Source: an uncultured bacterium (GTDB taxonomy: Bacteria > Oederibacteriota > JAAXVQ01 > JAUVAV01). Taken from it: a stretch of DNA of 64,000 bases. Below the pieces are notes generated by a model. That model worked only from the letters and a program-made list of their open reading frames with translations. It did no database searches and was not told the origin of the DNA. The stretch spans positions 1,344,001 through 1,408,000 of the forward strand of contig CAVQBK010000003.1 of assembly GCA_963710755.1 (NCBI GenBank), in the 5' to 3' direction. The position numbers were made by a program, and so were the translations under genes. Shown here one piece after another: positions 48,501 to 58,410 of this stretch (its first letter is position 1; each line of letters starts with the position of its first letter).

Positions 48501-51500
48501 TGGTTGATTAGCCGGCCTCCGGTGCGGTATACGACGGGGCTCTCTTCGGACCAGTCCGCTTTTTTGCGAAAACTGGCGCGGCGCACCTGGCGATATTTTG
48601 AAACCTACGCTTCTGAAGACAATCACTGGCTGCCGTTGGATAATGTCCAGGAGCAGCCGTTTGCGGCCCGGACCCATCGTACCTCGCCCACGAACATCGG
48701 CCTGTCCTTGCTGGCCAATTTATCCGCATACGACTATGGCTATATTTCCGCCCGATTGCTACTCCGTCGTTCCGAGTGCACCCTGCGTACCCTGCAGTCT
48801 TTGAAGCGGTTTCGTGGGCATTATTACAACTGGTACGATACCCAAACCCTTCAGCCTTTGGACCCGCCGTATATTTCCAGTGTGGACAGCGGGAATTTGG
48901 CCGGACATCTGTTGGTTTTACGACAGGGATTGCTGGCTTTGACCGATCACCCGCTGGCGCCGGAACAGTGGTTGGCAGGACGGGCAGACACCTTTGCGGT
49001 TTTAGAAGAGGTGATTCATCGGGAAGGCCTAAAAATCGACCTTGAACTCAAAGAAAAAATCGCATATTTTCGCGGGCAACTGGCGGAAATACCCGTTGGA
49101 ATAAAAGCACAATGGGAGCAACTCCAAGCGCTGGCGGCGCAAAGTGCGGCATTGGGAGCGGGTTTAGGCACGCTGCCTGAAGCCGCGTGGTGGCTACACG
49201 CTTTGGAACAGCAACTCCGAGAGTTCAGCGACGAGCTGGCCGGAGCAGCGCCCTGGATCACCTGGCCGGAACCAGAGGAAGCATTTTGGGAGGGCCTGGA
49301 GGGTTTGCAAACATTATGGCAAAAAATGTTTTTAAGGCCCACCTTGCGCGAGGTCGCAACCTTGGAAGAAGCAATTTTATCGTGGTGGGCGTTGTCAGCC
49401 ATCGACAACGATTCGACGGACCGGAAAGCCCGACTGGAACAACTCCGGACCATGTTCCTCGCGGCTGCCCAGCGCGGCAAGGAAAGAATGACCGTGATCG
49501 AGAAACTGGCCCGTCAATGCCAAACCGCAGCGGAGATGGAATACGATTTTTTATATGATTCCAACCAACATCTTTTGGCCACCGGCTATCATGTTCGGGA
49601 ACGTCGCCGGGACAACAGCTATTATGACCTGCTGGCTTCCGAAGCGCGGTTGGGCAGCTTTGTGGCCATTGCGCAAGGACATCTGCCGCAGGAACATTGG
49701 TTTACCTTGGGGCGGAATTTGACCCTCGCCGGCGGCAAAGCGGTCCTGTTGTCCTGGGGCGGATCCATGTTTGAATACTTGATGCCGCTTTTGGTCATGC
49801 CCGCCTATGAGAATACCCTGTTGGGCCAAACCTATAAGTCCGTGGTCGCCCGACAAATAGCTTACGGCGAAAAACGCGGCGTGTTTTGGGGCATCTCCGA
49901 GTCCTGCTACAATACCACGGACGCCAATCACTTTTACCAATACCGGGCGTTTGGCGTGCCGGGATTGGGTTTTAAACGGGGGTTGGCCGACGATCTGGTG
50001 ATTGCGCCCTATGCCTCGGCCCTAGCCCTGATGATAGAGCCTGCGGCCGCAGCCGGAAATTTGCAGGCCATGGCCGGTGCAGGTCTTTTAGGATCTTATG
50101 GCATGGTCGAAGCTGTGGACTATACGCCCGCGCGTTTGCAGCGGGGACAAAATATTGCGGTATTGAGATCATATATGGCCCATCACCAAGGTATGACGTT
50201 GTTGTCCATTGCGTATTGCCTGCTGGACCATCCCATGCAGAAACGGTTTGAAGCCGAACCATTGTTCCAGGCGGCTTTGTCGTTGCTGCACGAGCGGGTT
50301 TCCAAAGTAACACCAGCTTTTTCACATGCTTTTGAAGCAGCGGAGCGCCATTGGCAATCGAGAGAAGAACAGGAAACCCTTATACGGATTTTCAACACAC
50401 CCCACACGCCGGTTCCGGAGGTACATCTGTTGTCCAACGGGCGTTATCATGTGATGGTCACCCAGGCTGGCGGAGGGTACAGCCGCTGGAAGGGGTTGGC
50501 GCTTACCCGCTGGCGTGAAGACCCGACCCTGGATGACTATGGGTTGTTTTGCTATATCCGGGACGTGGAACGCGGCGAGACTTGGTCTGCGGCGTTTCAA
50601 CCGATAAAAAAAACCGGCAAACACTATGAAGCGATATTTTCCCAGGCGCGCGCGGAGTTCCGGCGGCAGGACCTGGATCTGGACACCCACACCGAGATCG
50701 CGGTTTCGCCTGAAGATGATATCGAGCTGCGCCGCGTGCGTATCACCAACCGTGCCCGCGAGGCCCGTACCCTGGAATTGACCTCCTACGCGGAAGTGGT
50801 GTTGGCCCCACCGGCGGCTGAAGCCACACACCCGGCGTTCAACAACCTGTTCATCCAGACGGAGATCATCCGCAACCGGAACAGCATTCTTTGCACCCGC
50901 CGCCCCCGGTCGGCGCAGGAGAAACCGCCTTGGCTATTGCACCTTATGGTTATTCAGGGCGCCGGGGAGGTGGAAACATCTTTTGAAACCGACCGGTTGA
51001 AATTTATCGGCCGGGGAAAAAACGTTTCCGAACCGGCGGCTCTGGAAACCGGGAAGCTTTCGGACAGCGAAGGCTCGGTTTTAGATCCCATCATCGCCAT
51101 TCGGCGCCGTATCCGCCTGGAACCGGAAGGTACGGTGGTAGTCAATATCGTCTTGGGGGCGGCAGAAACCCGCGAAAGCGCGATGGGCCTTATTGAAAAA
51201 TATCACGATTGGCGCCTGACGGACCGGGTTTTTGAACTCGCCTTTAGCCACGGCCAGGTCGTGCTGCACCAGCTCAATGCCACTGAGGCCGATGCCCAGG
51301 TATTCGGCCGCCTCGCCGGCTCAATCATTTTTGCCGATCCGGCCCGCCGGGCCCTCCCGGGCGTGATTTTGAAAAATACCCGCGGCCAGTCCGGGCTGTG
51401 GGGGTACGGAATTTCCGGAGATTTGCCTATTGTGCTGCTGAGGATTTCCGACCCCGCCAATATGGACCTGGTGCGGTGCATGCTGCAAGTTCATGCCTAT

Positions 51501-54233
51501 TGGCGTTTAAAAGGACTGGCGGCAGATTTGGTCATTTGGAATGAGGACGCCACCGGCTACCGGCAGTTGTTGCATGATCGCATTATCGGCTTAATCTCAT
51601 CAGGGATGGAAGCCCATGCGGTGGATCAGCCCGGCGGAATTTTTATCCGGCGCATGGACCAGATTCCGGAAGAGGATCAGGTGCTTATGCAAACCGTGGC
51701 GCGCATCATCATTACGGACCTAGGCGGCACGTTGCAGGAGCAAATGACCCCTCGGGTCCAGGCCGAGGCCGGTGTGATGGCATTTACACCTTATCGGAGA
51801 CAACACCTGTGGCCGGAGCAGCCCGTGGATTTGGCGCGCAGGGATTTGATTTTTTTCAACGGAATAGGCGGGTTTACCCAAGACGGCAAAGAGTATATTG
51901 TGACCACCACGGCGCAGGAAACAACCCCCATGCCCTGGGTGAACGTGCTCGCCAACCCTCACTTTGGGACCGTGGTTTCGGAAAGCGGCTCGGGGTACAC
52001 CTTCAGTGAGAATGCCCACGAGTTTCGCCTGACTCCCTGGCACAACGATCCGGTTTTCGATTCGAGCGGGGAAGCGTTTTATATACGCGACGAAGAAAGC
52101 GGAAGGTTCTGGTCGCCAGCGCCCTTTCCGGCCCGGGGCGCAAGACCTTATGCCTGCCGGCACGGATTCGGGTACAGCATTTTTGAATATACGGACTTTG
52201 GGATTTCGTCGGAGTTTACCCTTTACGTCGCCCCGGATGCGCCCGCGAAATTTTGGATTTTAAAATTACGCAATGTATCGGGACGCCCGCGGCGCCTTAC
52301 GGCCACGGGGTACGTGGAGTGGGTCTTGGGGGAGTTGCGGCCTAAAACCTTCATGCACGTGGTGACCGAGATTGATCCCAAAAGCAACGCCGTGTTCGCC
52401 CGCAACCCTTTTCATGGCGAGTTCTCAGGACGGGTGGCGTTTTTCAATGTCAATGATCCTAATCGCAGTGTCACCGGTGATCGTGCGGAATTCGTGGGCC
52501 GTAACGGCAGTTTAAAAAATCCCGCGGCCATGCAGCGATCGCGGCTGGCCAACAAGGTGGGGCCGGCCCTGGATCCTTGCGCCGCCTTGCAGGCCACGAT
52601 TGAGTTGGCGGCGGGGGAAGAAAAAGAGATCGTTTTTATCTTGGGCGCTGGCCGTAATATTGAAGAAGCCCGAGCCTTGGCGCAACGCTTTCGGGGAAAA
52701 GGTCCGGCGCGGACGGCCTTGGAGGGTGTGTGGGACTACTGGAACAGGACCTTGGGTGCCGTGCATTTGGAAACGCCGGACCGCAGTTTGAATATTCTAG
52801 GTAACGGCTGGCTGCTCTATCAAGTCTTGGCGTGCCGTTTATGGGGCCGCAGCGGCTTTTATCAATCCGGAGGGGCCTACGGATTTCGCGACCAATTGCA
52901 GGACGCGCTGGCCCTGCTCCATGCCGAACCGCGGTTGTTGCGGGAACACTTGCTGCGCTGTGCGGAGCGCCAGTTTCCGGAAGGCGATGTTCAACATTGG
53001 TGGCATCCGCCGACTGGACGCGGCGTGCGGACCCGTTGTTCGGACGATTATCTTTGGCTGCCGTATGCGGTTTGCCGCTATGTGGAGGGCACGGGGGATG
53101 CTGGTGTCTTGGACGAGAGGCTGGGTTTTGTCGAAGGCCGGGCGGTTAAAGCGGAAGAAGAATCCTATTACGATCTGCCCGGTCACTCGGAGATCAAGGA
53201 AACGCTTTATGAACACTGCAGCCGGGCCGTGGTGCACGCCTTGAACTTTGGCCAGCATGGTTTGCCGCTAATGGGAACCGGTGATTGGAATGACGGTATG
53301 AACCGGGTGGGGGAACAAGGGCAGGGAGAAAGTGTTTGGCTGGCGTTTTTTCTCTATCAAGTCCTGACCCAATTTTCGGCAATCGCGCAAAGGCAGCAGG
53401 ATGCAGCCATGGTCCAGCGTTGCCGCTCTGAAGCCGAAAGCCTGCGGGATCGGATTTCAGCCCAGGCCTGGGACGGGCACTGGTGGCTGCGGGCGTTTTT
53501 TGATAACGGCGACCCGTTAGGTTCGGCGGCTAATACCGAGTGCCGTATTGATTCCTTGCCGCAGAGCTGGTCCATATTGTCAGGCGCTGGAGATTCAAGC
53601 CGCAATCTGGTGGCCATGCAGGCCGTGGAACACTATCTGGTGAAACCCGAATCCGGCTTGATTCAATTGTTCGATCCTCCATTTGACAAAACGGAGCACG
53701 ACCCGGGTTATATTCGCGGCTATGTTCCGGGTGTCCGGGAAAACGGTGGTCAATATACGCACGCCGCGGTATGGGCCACGATGGCCATGGCCGCCTTGGG
53801 CGAAGGGGAAAAAGCCTGGGCCTGGCTAAACCTAATCAATCCTATTTTACATACGAGTACTCCGGAACGGATGGCCGTGTACAAGACGGAGCCCTATGTT
53901 TTAGCCGGAGATGTCTATTCGCGCCCCCCCTACACAGGCCGGGGCGGGTGGACCTGGTACACAGGCTCGGCCGGATGGATGTACCAGTGCATCCTGGAAT
54001 CCTTGTTGGGATTAAAACTGGATGTGGACCAATTGACCTTTTCACCAAGCTGGCCGGATGAATGGGGTAAGTTCCTGATTCATTATCGCTTCCGGGAGAC
54101 GGTTTATCATATCACCGTTTCTAAACACGATCGGTCCGAGGCGCGGCTAACGGTGGATGGGGCAGAGCAAGCCGAACTTATTTTGCATCTGCAAGATGAC
54201 CGACGCGAGCATTGGGTTGAATGTTTGTGCTGA
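45516..54233 (+). CDS. ndvB: Cyclic beta-1,2-glucan synthase (GT84 + GH94 phosphorylase; Cgs/NdvB)
   Basis: About 2900 aa; WMGWERKRGK, TLDADT, LSHDLLE, RWIRGDWQ, TSPTNIG, YDLLASEARL, QSGGAYGFRDQLQD, GDWNDG, ENGGQYTH. Confidence 0.93.
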   Translation: MNESIRDKIKNLLLFKIRSRPQETARDLSNEQPLQAELFSLEQMAEFAKSLARWHELEKTRGPDRLLPRLNENEKLLLEAYQLLQDEAAKKTPLLPADEWFLDNFHLIEEQIRLARKHLPKSFSRELPTLTIGKTAGFPRVYDMALEIIAHGDGRVEAGSLSAFVDAYQSLVTLKLGELWAIPIMLRLALIENLRRVATHITAGKLDRRLAGFWANRMITVVEKDPKNLVLEMADMARSNPPMSSAFVAELARRFQGQGPNLVLPLTWIEQHLSEDGLNIEQLVGLENQRRAEDQVSVSNSIFSLRFIHAMDWREFVETMSRVERILSRDPMDAYPRTDFTTRDRCRHRVEILAKRSSCSEETVATRALELARSAAKIHGQEDRTAHVGYYLLNRGQAKLEQALRPRFTLGEHCERLVLRFALFFYLGAIGVLTLGFAGLFLWNIRAASLGYFGLAAMLLLIVASQPAIDLVNWLVGRLVKPRGLPRMDYSKGLPPEASTLVVVPCILSNPQTVAGLLENLEILYLANRDSHLYFGLVTDFKDAPQATLPEDDALLEAVKAGIKHLHDRYPSEQGARFYLFHRHRRWNPQEACWMGWERKRGKLVNLNTILRNGLPEPGTLIVGEASILDQMKYVITLDADTRLTLDSARTLVATMAHPLNRPRVDPVANRVDDGYGILQPRIGTIQADARKSWFARLFGGEEGIDPYTLAVSDTYQDLFQEGSFVGKGIYDVEAFQKVLAHRFPENRILSHDLLESGYARSGLVSDVVLYENYPEDYLDDAQRRARWIRGDWQIVRWLLPGAPGPQGVLRNSLRKLYLWKIFDNLRRSLVAPAILGLLLLGWLNSPWTGLLTAGVVLVFFLPSLLTTLAALMFQKPRELLFAMHVRDTLQELARHLGRAIIRLALLAFEACTSLEAISRTLYRLWISRKHLLNWTQSSDSGHAATQRFSDIWKSMWMAPSLALLAGIVIVWRDPAFLGTSVVVLALWFSSPLAVWLISRPPVRYTTGLSSDQSAFLRKLARRTWRYFETYASEDNHWLPLDNVQEQPFAARTHRTSPTNIGLSLLANLSAYDYGYISARLLLRRSECTLRTLQSLKRFRGHYYNWYDTQTLQPLDPPYISSVDSGNLAGHLLVLRQGLLALTDHPLAPEQWLAGRADTFAVLEEVIHREGLKIDLELKEKIAYFRGQLAEIPVGIKAQWEQLQALAAQSAALGAGLGTLPEAAWWLHALEQQLREFSDELAGAAPWITWPEPEEAFWEGLEGLQTLWQKMFLRPTLREVATLEEAILSWWALSAIDNDSTDRKARLEQLRTMFLAAAQRGKERMTVIEKLARQCQTAAEMEYDFLYDSNQHLLATGYHVRERRRDNSYYDLLASEARLGSFVAIAQGHLPQEHWFTLGRNLTLAGGKAVLLSWGGSMFEYLMPLLVMPAYENTLLGQTYKSVVARQIAYGEKRGVFWGISESCYNTTDANHFYQYRAFGVPGLGFKRGLADDLVIAPYASALALMIEPAAAAGNLQAMAGAGLLGSYGMVEAVDYTPARLQRGQNIAVLRSYMAHHQGMTLLSIAYCLLDHPMQKRFEAEPLFQAALSLLHERVSKVTPAFSHAFEAAERHWQSREEQETLIRIFNTPHTPVPEVHLLSNGRYHVMVTQAGGGYSRWKGLALTRWREDPTLDDYGLFCYIRDVERGETWSAAFQPIKKTGKHYEAIFSQARAEFRRQDLDLDTHTEIAVSPEDDIELRRVRITNRAREARTLELTSYAEVVLAPPAAEATHPAFNNLFIQTEIIRNRNSILCTRRPRSAQEKPPWLLHLMVIQGAGEVETSFETDRLKFIGRGKNVSEPAALETGKLSDSEGSVLDPIIAIRRRIRLEPEGTVVVNIVLGAAETRESAMGLIEKYHDWRLTDRVFELAFSHGQVVLHQLNATEADAQVFGRLAGSIIFADPARRALPGVILKNTRGQSGLWGYGISGDLPIVLLRISDPANMDLVRCMLQVHAYWRLKGLAADLVIWNEDATGYRQLLHDRIIGLISSGMEAHAVDQPGGIFIRRMDQIPEEDQVLMQTVARIIITDLGGTLQEQMTPRVQAEAGVMAFTPYRRQHLWPEQPVDLARRDLIFFNGIGGFTQDGKEYIVTTTAQETTPMPWVNVLANPHFGTVVSESGSGYTFSENAHEFRLTPWHNDPVFDSSGEAFYIRDEESGRFWSPAPFPARGARPYACRHGFGYSIFEYTDFGISSEFTLYVAPDAPAKFWILKLRNVSGRPRRLTATGYVEWVLGELRPKTFMHVVTEIDPKSNAVFARNPFHGEFSGRVAFFNVNDPNRSVTGDRAEFVGRNGSLKNPAAMQRSRLANKVGPALDPCAALQATIELAAGEEKEIVFILGAGRNIEEARALAQRFRGKGPARTALEGVWDYWNRTLGAVHLETPDRSLNILGNGWLLYQVLACRLWGRSGFYQSGGAYGFRDQLQDALALLHAEPRLLREHLLRCAERQFPEGDVQHWWHPPTGRGVRTRCSDDYLWLPYAVCRYVEGTGDAGVLDERLGFVEGRAVKAEEESYYDLPGHSEIKETLYEHCSRAVVHALNFGQHGLPLMGTGDWNDGMNRVGEQGQGESVWLAFFLYQVLTQFSAIAQRQQDAAMVQRCRSEAESLRDRISAQAWDGHWWLRAFFDNGDPLGSAANTECRIDSLPQSWSILSGAGDSSRNLVAMQAVEHYLVKPESGLIQLFDPPFDKTEHDPGYIRGYVPGVRENGGQYTHAAVWATMAMAALGEGEKAWAWLNLINPILHTSTPERMAVYKTEPYVLAGDVYSRPPYTGRGGWTWYTGSAGWMYQCILESLLGLKLDVDQLTFSPSWPDEWGKFLIHYRFRETVYHITVSKHDRSEARLTVDGAEQAELILHLQDDRREHWVECLC

Positions 54234-54354
54234 AAGTCTGCGAAAAACGATATAAAAAGGGGGATGTTGTTTTCTGAATCGTATAACTATTGACAATTGC
54301 CGGGACGATTGAACGGTTGGAAAGTAAAGCAACTTAGGCAACAACGTCCCGATG

Positions 54355-54496
54355 ATCTCACACAATACCTTCGGGCCGCATAGTGCCTTGGGTTACAAAA
54401 CGCCTGATGAATTTACGTGGGAATACGAAGCGTAGCAATCAGCAAAAAGCACCCCGGGACTTTTCTCGCGGGTGGCTTAAAATAGGGGTGGGGTCA
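54355..54496 (+). mobile_element. IS3-family right-end remnant
   Basis: HNTFGPHSALGYKTPDEF..* followed by an IR-like end ..AAATAGGGGTGGGGTCA. Confidence 0.7.
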
Positions 54497-54602
54497 GATC
54501 CTGTCCCCCAAAAAAACTAAAAGCTGTTCATCATCCTGTAATCTTTGCGTCGTTATAATGGCCATGAAATTAAAAATAATCGAAGGAAAAGAGGTGATGA
54601 TA

Positions 54603-54974
54603 ATGAAAAAGATTTTATCCATGCTGTTACTCGCTATAATTTTGAGTGGCGGTTATCTACTGGCAAGAGAAGTGAAAGGTGGAACTCTCCCGGTAGGAGA
54701 GGCTGGGGAAGCAATGTGGCCGGCAATGGCGAAGCTTACCTTATCTCAGGCAATTGAAAAAGGCCTGGCAAGAGTAGCCGGACGTACGCTGAGTGCTGAA
54801 TTGGCAAACAAGAACGGGTTTTTAATATTTGAAGTTGAAGTGGTCAAACCAAATAATAAAATAATGGAACTTTGGATTGATGCTGGCAACGGTAACATCC
54901 TTGGGTTAAATAATGATAAAGAGGATAAGGATGACAAAGATGAAGGGCAAGAACAAGATGACGATAATGATTGA
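54603..54974 (+). CDS. PepSY-domain secreted protein
   Basis: Signal peptide; AKLTLSQAIEK, FEVEVV, IDAGNG.IL; acidic tail. Confidence 0.8.
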   Translation: MKKILSMLLLAIILSGGYLLAREVKGGTLPVGEAGEAMWPAMAKLTLSQAIEKGLARVAGRTLSAELANKNGFLIFEVEVVKPNNKIMELWIDAGNGNILGLNNDKEDKDDKDEGQEQDDDND

Positions 54975-55047
54975 AAAAAGCATAACCGGAGAAGCAGAAT
55001 CAACTGTTTCTCCGGTAATTTATAAATAAAGAACTAAGGAGCCAATA

Positions 55048-55715
55048 GTGCGTGTTCTTGTGGTCGAAGATGAAAAAAAACTTGCCGACCTTATAGGAGA
55101 AGGACTAGCAGAGGAAAACTATGCGGTGGATGTCGCTTATGACGGTGAAGAGGGATTGTTTATGGCGGAAAACGAGACTTCCGATCTGATCATTCTGGAC
55201 ATTATGCTGCCTTATATTGACGGCCTGGAAATTCTTCACAAACTTCGAAAAAAGGAATCCAGACACCGGTCCTGTTACTGACCGCCAGGGATTCGCTGCA
55301 GGATAAAGTGACAGGGCTTGATCAAGGGGCGGATGATTACCTGACCAAACCCTTTGTTTTTGACGAATTGATGGCCCGGGTAAGAGCATTGCTAAGACGG
55401 ACTTATGATGTCAAATCAACAGTTGTGAATATTCGTGATCTGATTGTTGATACAGCAGCCCACGAAGTAAGCCGCAAAAATAAAAAGATCATGCTTTCTG
55501 CCAAGGAATATGCTTTGTTTGAATATTTTATACTTAACCGTAACCGGGTATTAAGCCGTACCGAGTTATATGAACATTGTTATAGCTACCTGACGGAAAA
55601 TGATAGTAATGTTCTTGATGTATTGATTTTCAGGATCAGAAATAAAATTAGAGGCCGTTCAGGACAATCGTTCATTCAGACGGTGCGTGGATCAGGTTAT
55701 ATCCTGAGGGATTAG
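55048..55715 (+). pseudogene. OmpR-family response regulator with a 1-bp deletion frameshift in an A6 run (~55248-55253)
   Basis: VVEDE, LDIMLP; adding one A restores [34 protein letters not shown]. Confidence 0.85.
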
Positions 55716-55719
55716 GCCA

Positions 55720-57138
55720 ATGATGATAACGTCATTGAAAATGAAAATAGTACTGTATTATATGCTGGTAATGGGGATCATTCTGTCTGTGCTGGGCGGG
55801 ATAATTTATTTTGCGCTTAACCGGGTTGTCTATAACAGCGTTGACAATACTCTGCTGGCAGAAGTCATGAGTCTGTCCCAAATGATTGATGATGAAGAAG
55901 GAGATGTAAATACACCTGCTTTTTCGGCCATCCTATCGGCATTCCAAAAGAGTAAGACCGGTCACTATTATCAGATAACCGACGCAAAGGGCAAAGTATT
56001 AAAAAAAACAGTGTCTCTGGGTAACCGCATGCTGCCGGTACCGGAAAAGTGGAGTGAAAAGACATTTAATACCATTCATCTGAAAAACCGGCGTTATCGT
56101 CTGGTCAGTTTTAACTATCAATCAAAAGAACCGGCTGAACAACCGATTAACGTGAGGATACAATGTGCTGTTGATATAGAAAATGTTTATCACAAATTAC
56201 TGATATATAAAATGATAATAATGGCCGGATTGGCACTAGTAGCCGCAATTGCTTCGTTGGGCGGATTTTTTATTGCCCACCGGGCATTGGCACCGATTAA
56301 TCAAATCTCGGAAATCATTGACAGGATATCTGTTTCAAGCCTGGCTGAACGGATTATGCCAGATCATTACCCGCAAGAAATCAAACCACTGGCACTGGCA
56401 TTTAACCGGACTTTTGACAGGCTGGGAAAATCATTTGAGCAGCAAAAACAGTTTGTCGCCGATGCCTCGCATGAGCTGAGGACACCCTTGTCCGTCGTTT
56501 TGAGTCAGAGTGAACTTACATTAAAAAAGAAGCGGACGCTTCAGGCCTATCGTGATGCCTTAAATACTATCAGAACTTCGGCGTTATTTCTGACCGGTAT
56601 GGTGGAAAAACTGGTTTTCCTAGCCAGATTTGATGCAGAACAAGCAGCGCTGACTTTTGAACCTGTAAACATCAAAGCGTTAGTGGACAGAGCCGGACAA
56701 CTAGTCGGAATACTGGCAGAACGGCAAGGCGTCAAGTTGACTGTGGAATCAGAAAAAACAGCCTATATGGTCTATGGTGATGAAGCGGCACTGCTGGAGT
56801 TGTTGGTCAATATTCTGGACAATGCTGTCAAATATAACCGTCCCGGCGGTCACGTAAATATAACGCTCTGTCATGAAAATCGTGGCGTTACCATAAAAGT
56901 AGCCGACAGCGGCAGAGGGATTGCCAAACAGGATAGAGAGAAAGTATTTGACCGGTTTTTCCGTACCGATCAATCACTGAGAACAGCTATGAAGGGTATG
57001 GGGTTGGGATTGAGTATTTGCCGGGAAATTGTAAAGACCCATAAGGGTCGGTTGACATTGGACAGTGAACCGGGGCGAGGAACAACAGTTTGTATCTTTT
57101 TAAATACTATCACTGGCTTGTCAGGGCAGCAGCTGTGA
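55720..57138 (+). CDS. Sensor histidine kinase (HAMP-HisKA-HATPase)
   Basis: Two TMs, DASHELRTPL, NILDNAVKY, DSGRGI, FDRFFR, GMGLGL. Confidence 0.95.
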   Translation: MMITSLKMKIVLYYMLVMGIILSVLGGIIYFALNRVVYNSVDNTLLAEVMSLSQMIDDEEGDVNTPAFSAILSAFQKSKTGHYYQITDAKGKVLKKTVSLGNRMLPVPEKWSEKTFNTIHLKNRRYRLVSFNYQSKEPAEQPINVRIQCAVDIENVYHKLLIYKMIIMAGLALVAAIASLGGFFIAHRALAPINQISEIIDRISVSSLAERIMPDHYPQEIKPLALAFNRTFDRLGKSFEQQKQFVADASHELRTPLSVVLSQSELTLKKKRTLQAYRDALNTIRTSALFLTGMVEKLVFLARFDAEQAALTFEPVNIKALVDRAGQLVGILAERQGVKLTVESEKTAYMVYGDEAALLELLVNILDNAVKYNRPGGHVNITLCHENRGVTIKVADSGRGIAKQDREKVFDRFFRTDQSLRTAMKGMGLGLSICREIVKTHKGRLTLDSEPGRGTTVCIFLNTITGLSGQQL

Positions 57139-57173
57139 ATCGCAACTAAACAAAGATATCTTGGGAGTAAATA

Positions 57174-57935
57174 ATGAATCAAAAATCAAAAGAAATAATA
57201 AGTAAAGTGCCACAGGTCACGCTGATATTTTGGATAATCAAGATTGCGGCAACTACTTTTGGAGAAACCGGTGGAGATGCAGTTTCTATGTCCATGAAGC
57301 TAGGATATTTGGTGGGGACAGCGATATTTGCTGTGGTATTTTTCGCAGCAGTTGCAGCTCAGATTAAGGCTAAGCGCTTCCATCCCTTTTTATACTGGTT
57401 AACCATTATTGCCACAACCACAGTAGGAACTACATTAGCTGATTTTGCCGACCGTTCTTTGGGTATCGGTTATGCAGGTGGTTCCGTTCTTTTGTTGACA
57501 TTACTAGGACTGTCGTTAATGGTCTGGCATAAATCAATGGGATCTGTATCCATCAACACTATCCGTTCACCCAAAGCGGAAATGTTTTACTGGATAACCA
57601 TTATGTTTTCTCAGACACTCGGTACAGCTTTAGGGGATTGGACGGCAGATACGGCGGGCTTGGGCTACGGTGGTGGAGCCGTTGTATTTTTGGGACTCCT
57701 TGCACTGGTTGCAGCAGCCTATTTTTGGACAACTATATCACGTACTATATTATTTTGGACGGCCTTTGTCCTTACCCGGCCTTTGGGCGCGGTTGTCGGG
57801 GACCTACTCGACAAACCGGTCAGTGAAGGAGGTATGGCACTGAGTCGCTATAGTGCCTCGCTTGTACTCATGGTGTTTATTATTCTCTGTATTTTTATTT
57901 TTCCCAACCGGGCAGCCAGGGGATCAGGGCATTGA
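57174..57935 (+). CDS. COG4705/DUF347-repeat membrane protein
   Basis: SKVPQVT..FWIIKI.ATT.GET.GD, YW.TI, LGTALGD, LTRPLGA. Confidence 0.85.
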   Translation: MNQKSKEIISKVPQVTLIFWIIKIAATTFGETGGDAVSMSMKLGYLVGTAIFAVVFFAAVAAQIKAKRFHPFLYWLTIIATTTVGTTLADFADRSLGIGYAGGSVLLLTLLGLSLMVWHKSMGSVSINTIRSPKAEMFYWITIMFSQTLGTALGDWTADTAGLGYGGGAVVFLGLLALVAAAYFWTTISRTILFWTAFVLTRPLGAVVGDLLDKPVSEGGMALSRYSASLVLMVFIILCIFIFPNRAARGSGH

Positions 57936-58073
57936 AACGTTAACAAGATATTTTAGATGCGAGAAGTGCATAATATAGTGAACACTAGATCCGGGTTGAT
58001 TCGGTAATTCGACAACTTAAGTAGCCAATGTTTCTTAGCACCAATTGCGAAAGTCGTCTGTTCGGCCCTGCAG

Positions 58074-58116
58074 ATAAATAAAAAGGCTACCGCATAAGGG
58101 TAACCTTTTTATTTAT
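58074..58116. terminator. Bidirectional terminator-like hairpin
   Basis: ATAAATAAAAAGG.TACC...GGTA.CCTTTTT..ATTTAT. Confidence 0.6.
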
Positions 58117-58203
58117 GGAGCCATTGAGCGAATCGAGCAAGCGGAAGAATGGAAAAGCTCAATTCCGGTCCAGTTGCTCCAATTGATCAATTGTCATGAT
58201 CTT

Positions 58204-58405
58204 AAAAAGCCCAGGTCTTATGGACCTGGGCTTTTTTTATAATGTGAGAGGTTGGAAAGAGACTCGCACGCTAGGGAGCGTGGTGGATGCCTTACCCCAA
58301 TGGATCATTGGGGAGACAGCGAGCGATCGAGCAGGCGACATTGTCCGGCCCGCGAGCGTCAGAGGGGAATTATTCTCCTCGAAGGAGCAAGGGTCGGCCC
58401 CCGCA
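58204..58405 (+). repeat. Terminator plus tRNA-linked-type element resembling the one after tRNA-Asp
   Basis: Hairpin AAAAAGCCCAGGTC..GACCTGGGCTTTTTTT, then GAGACTCG, ending GTCGGCCCCCGCA (tRNA-Asp ends GTCGGCCCCGCCA). Confidence 0.5.
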
Positions 58406-58410
58406 TGCAC

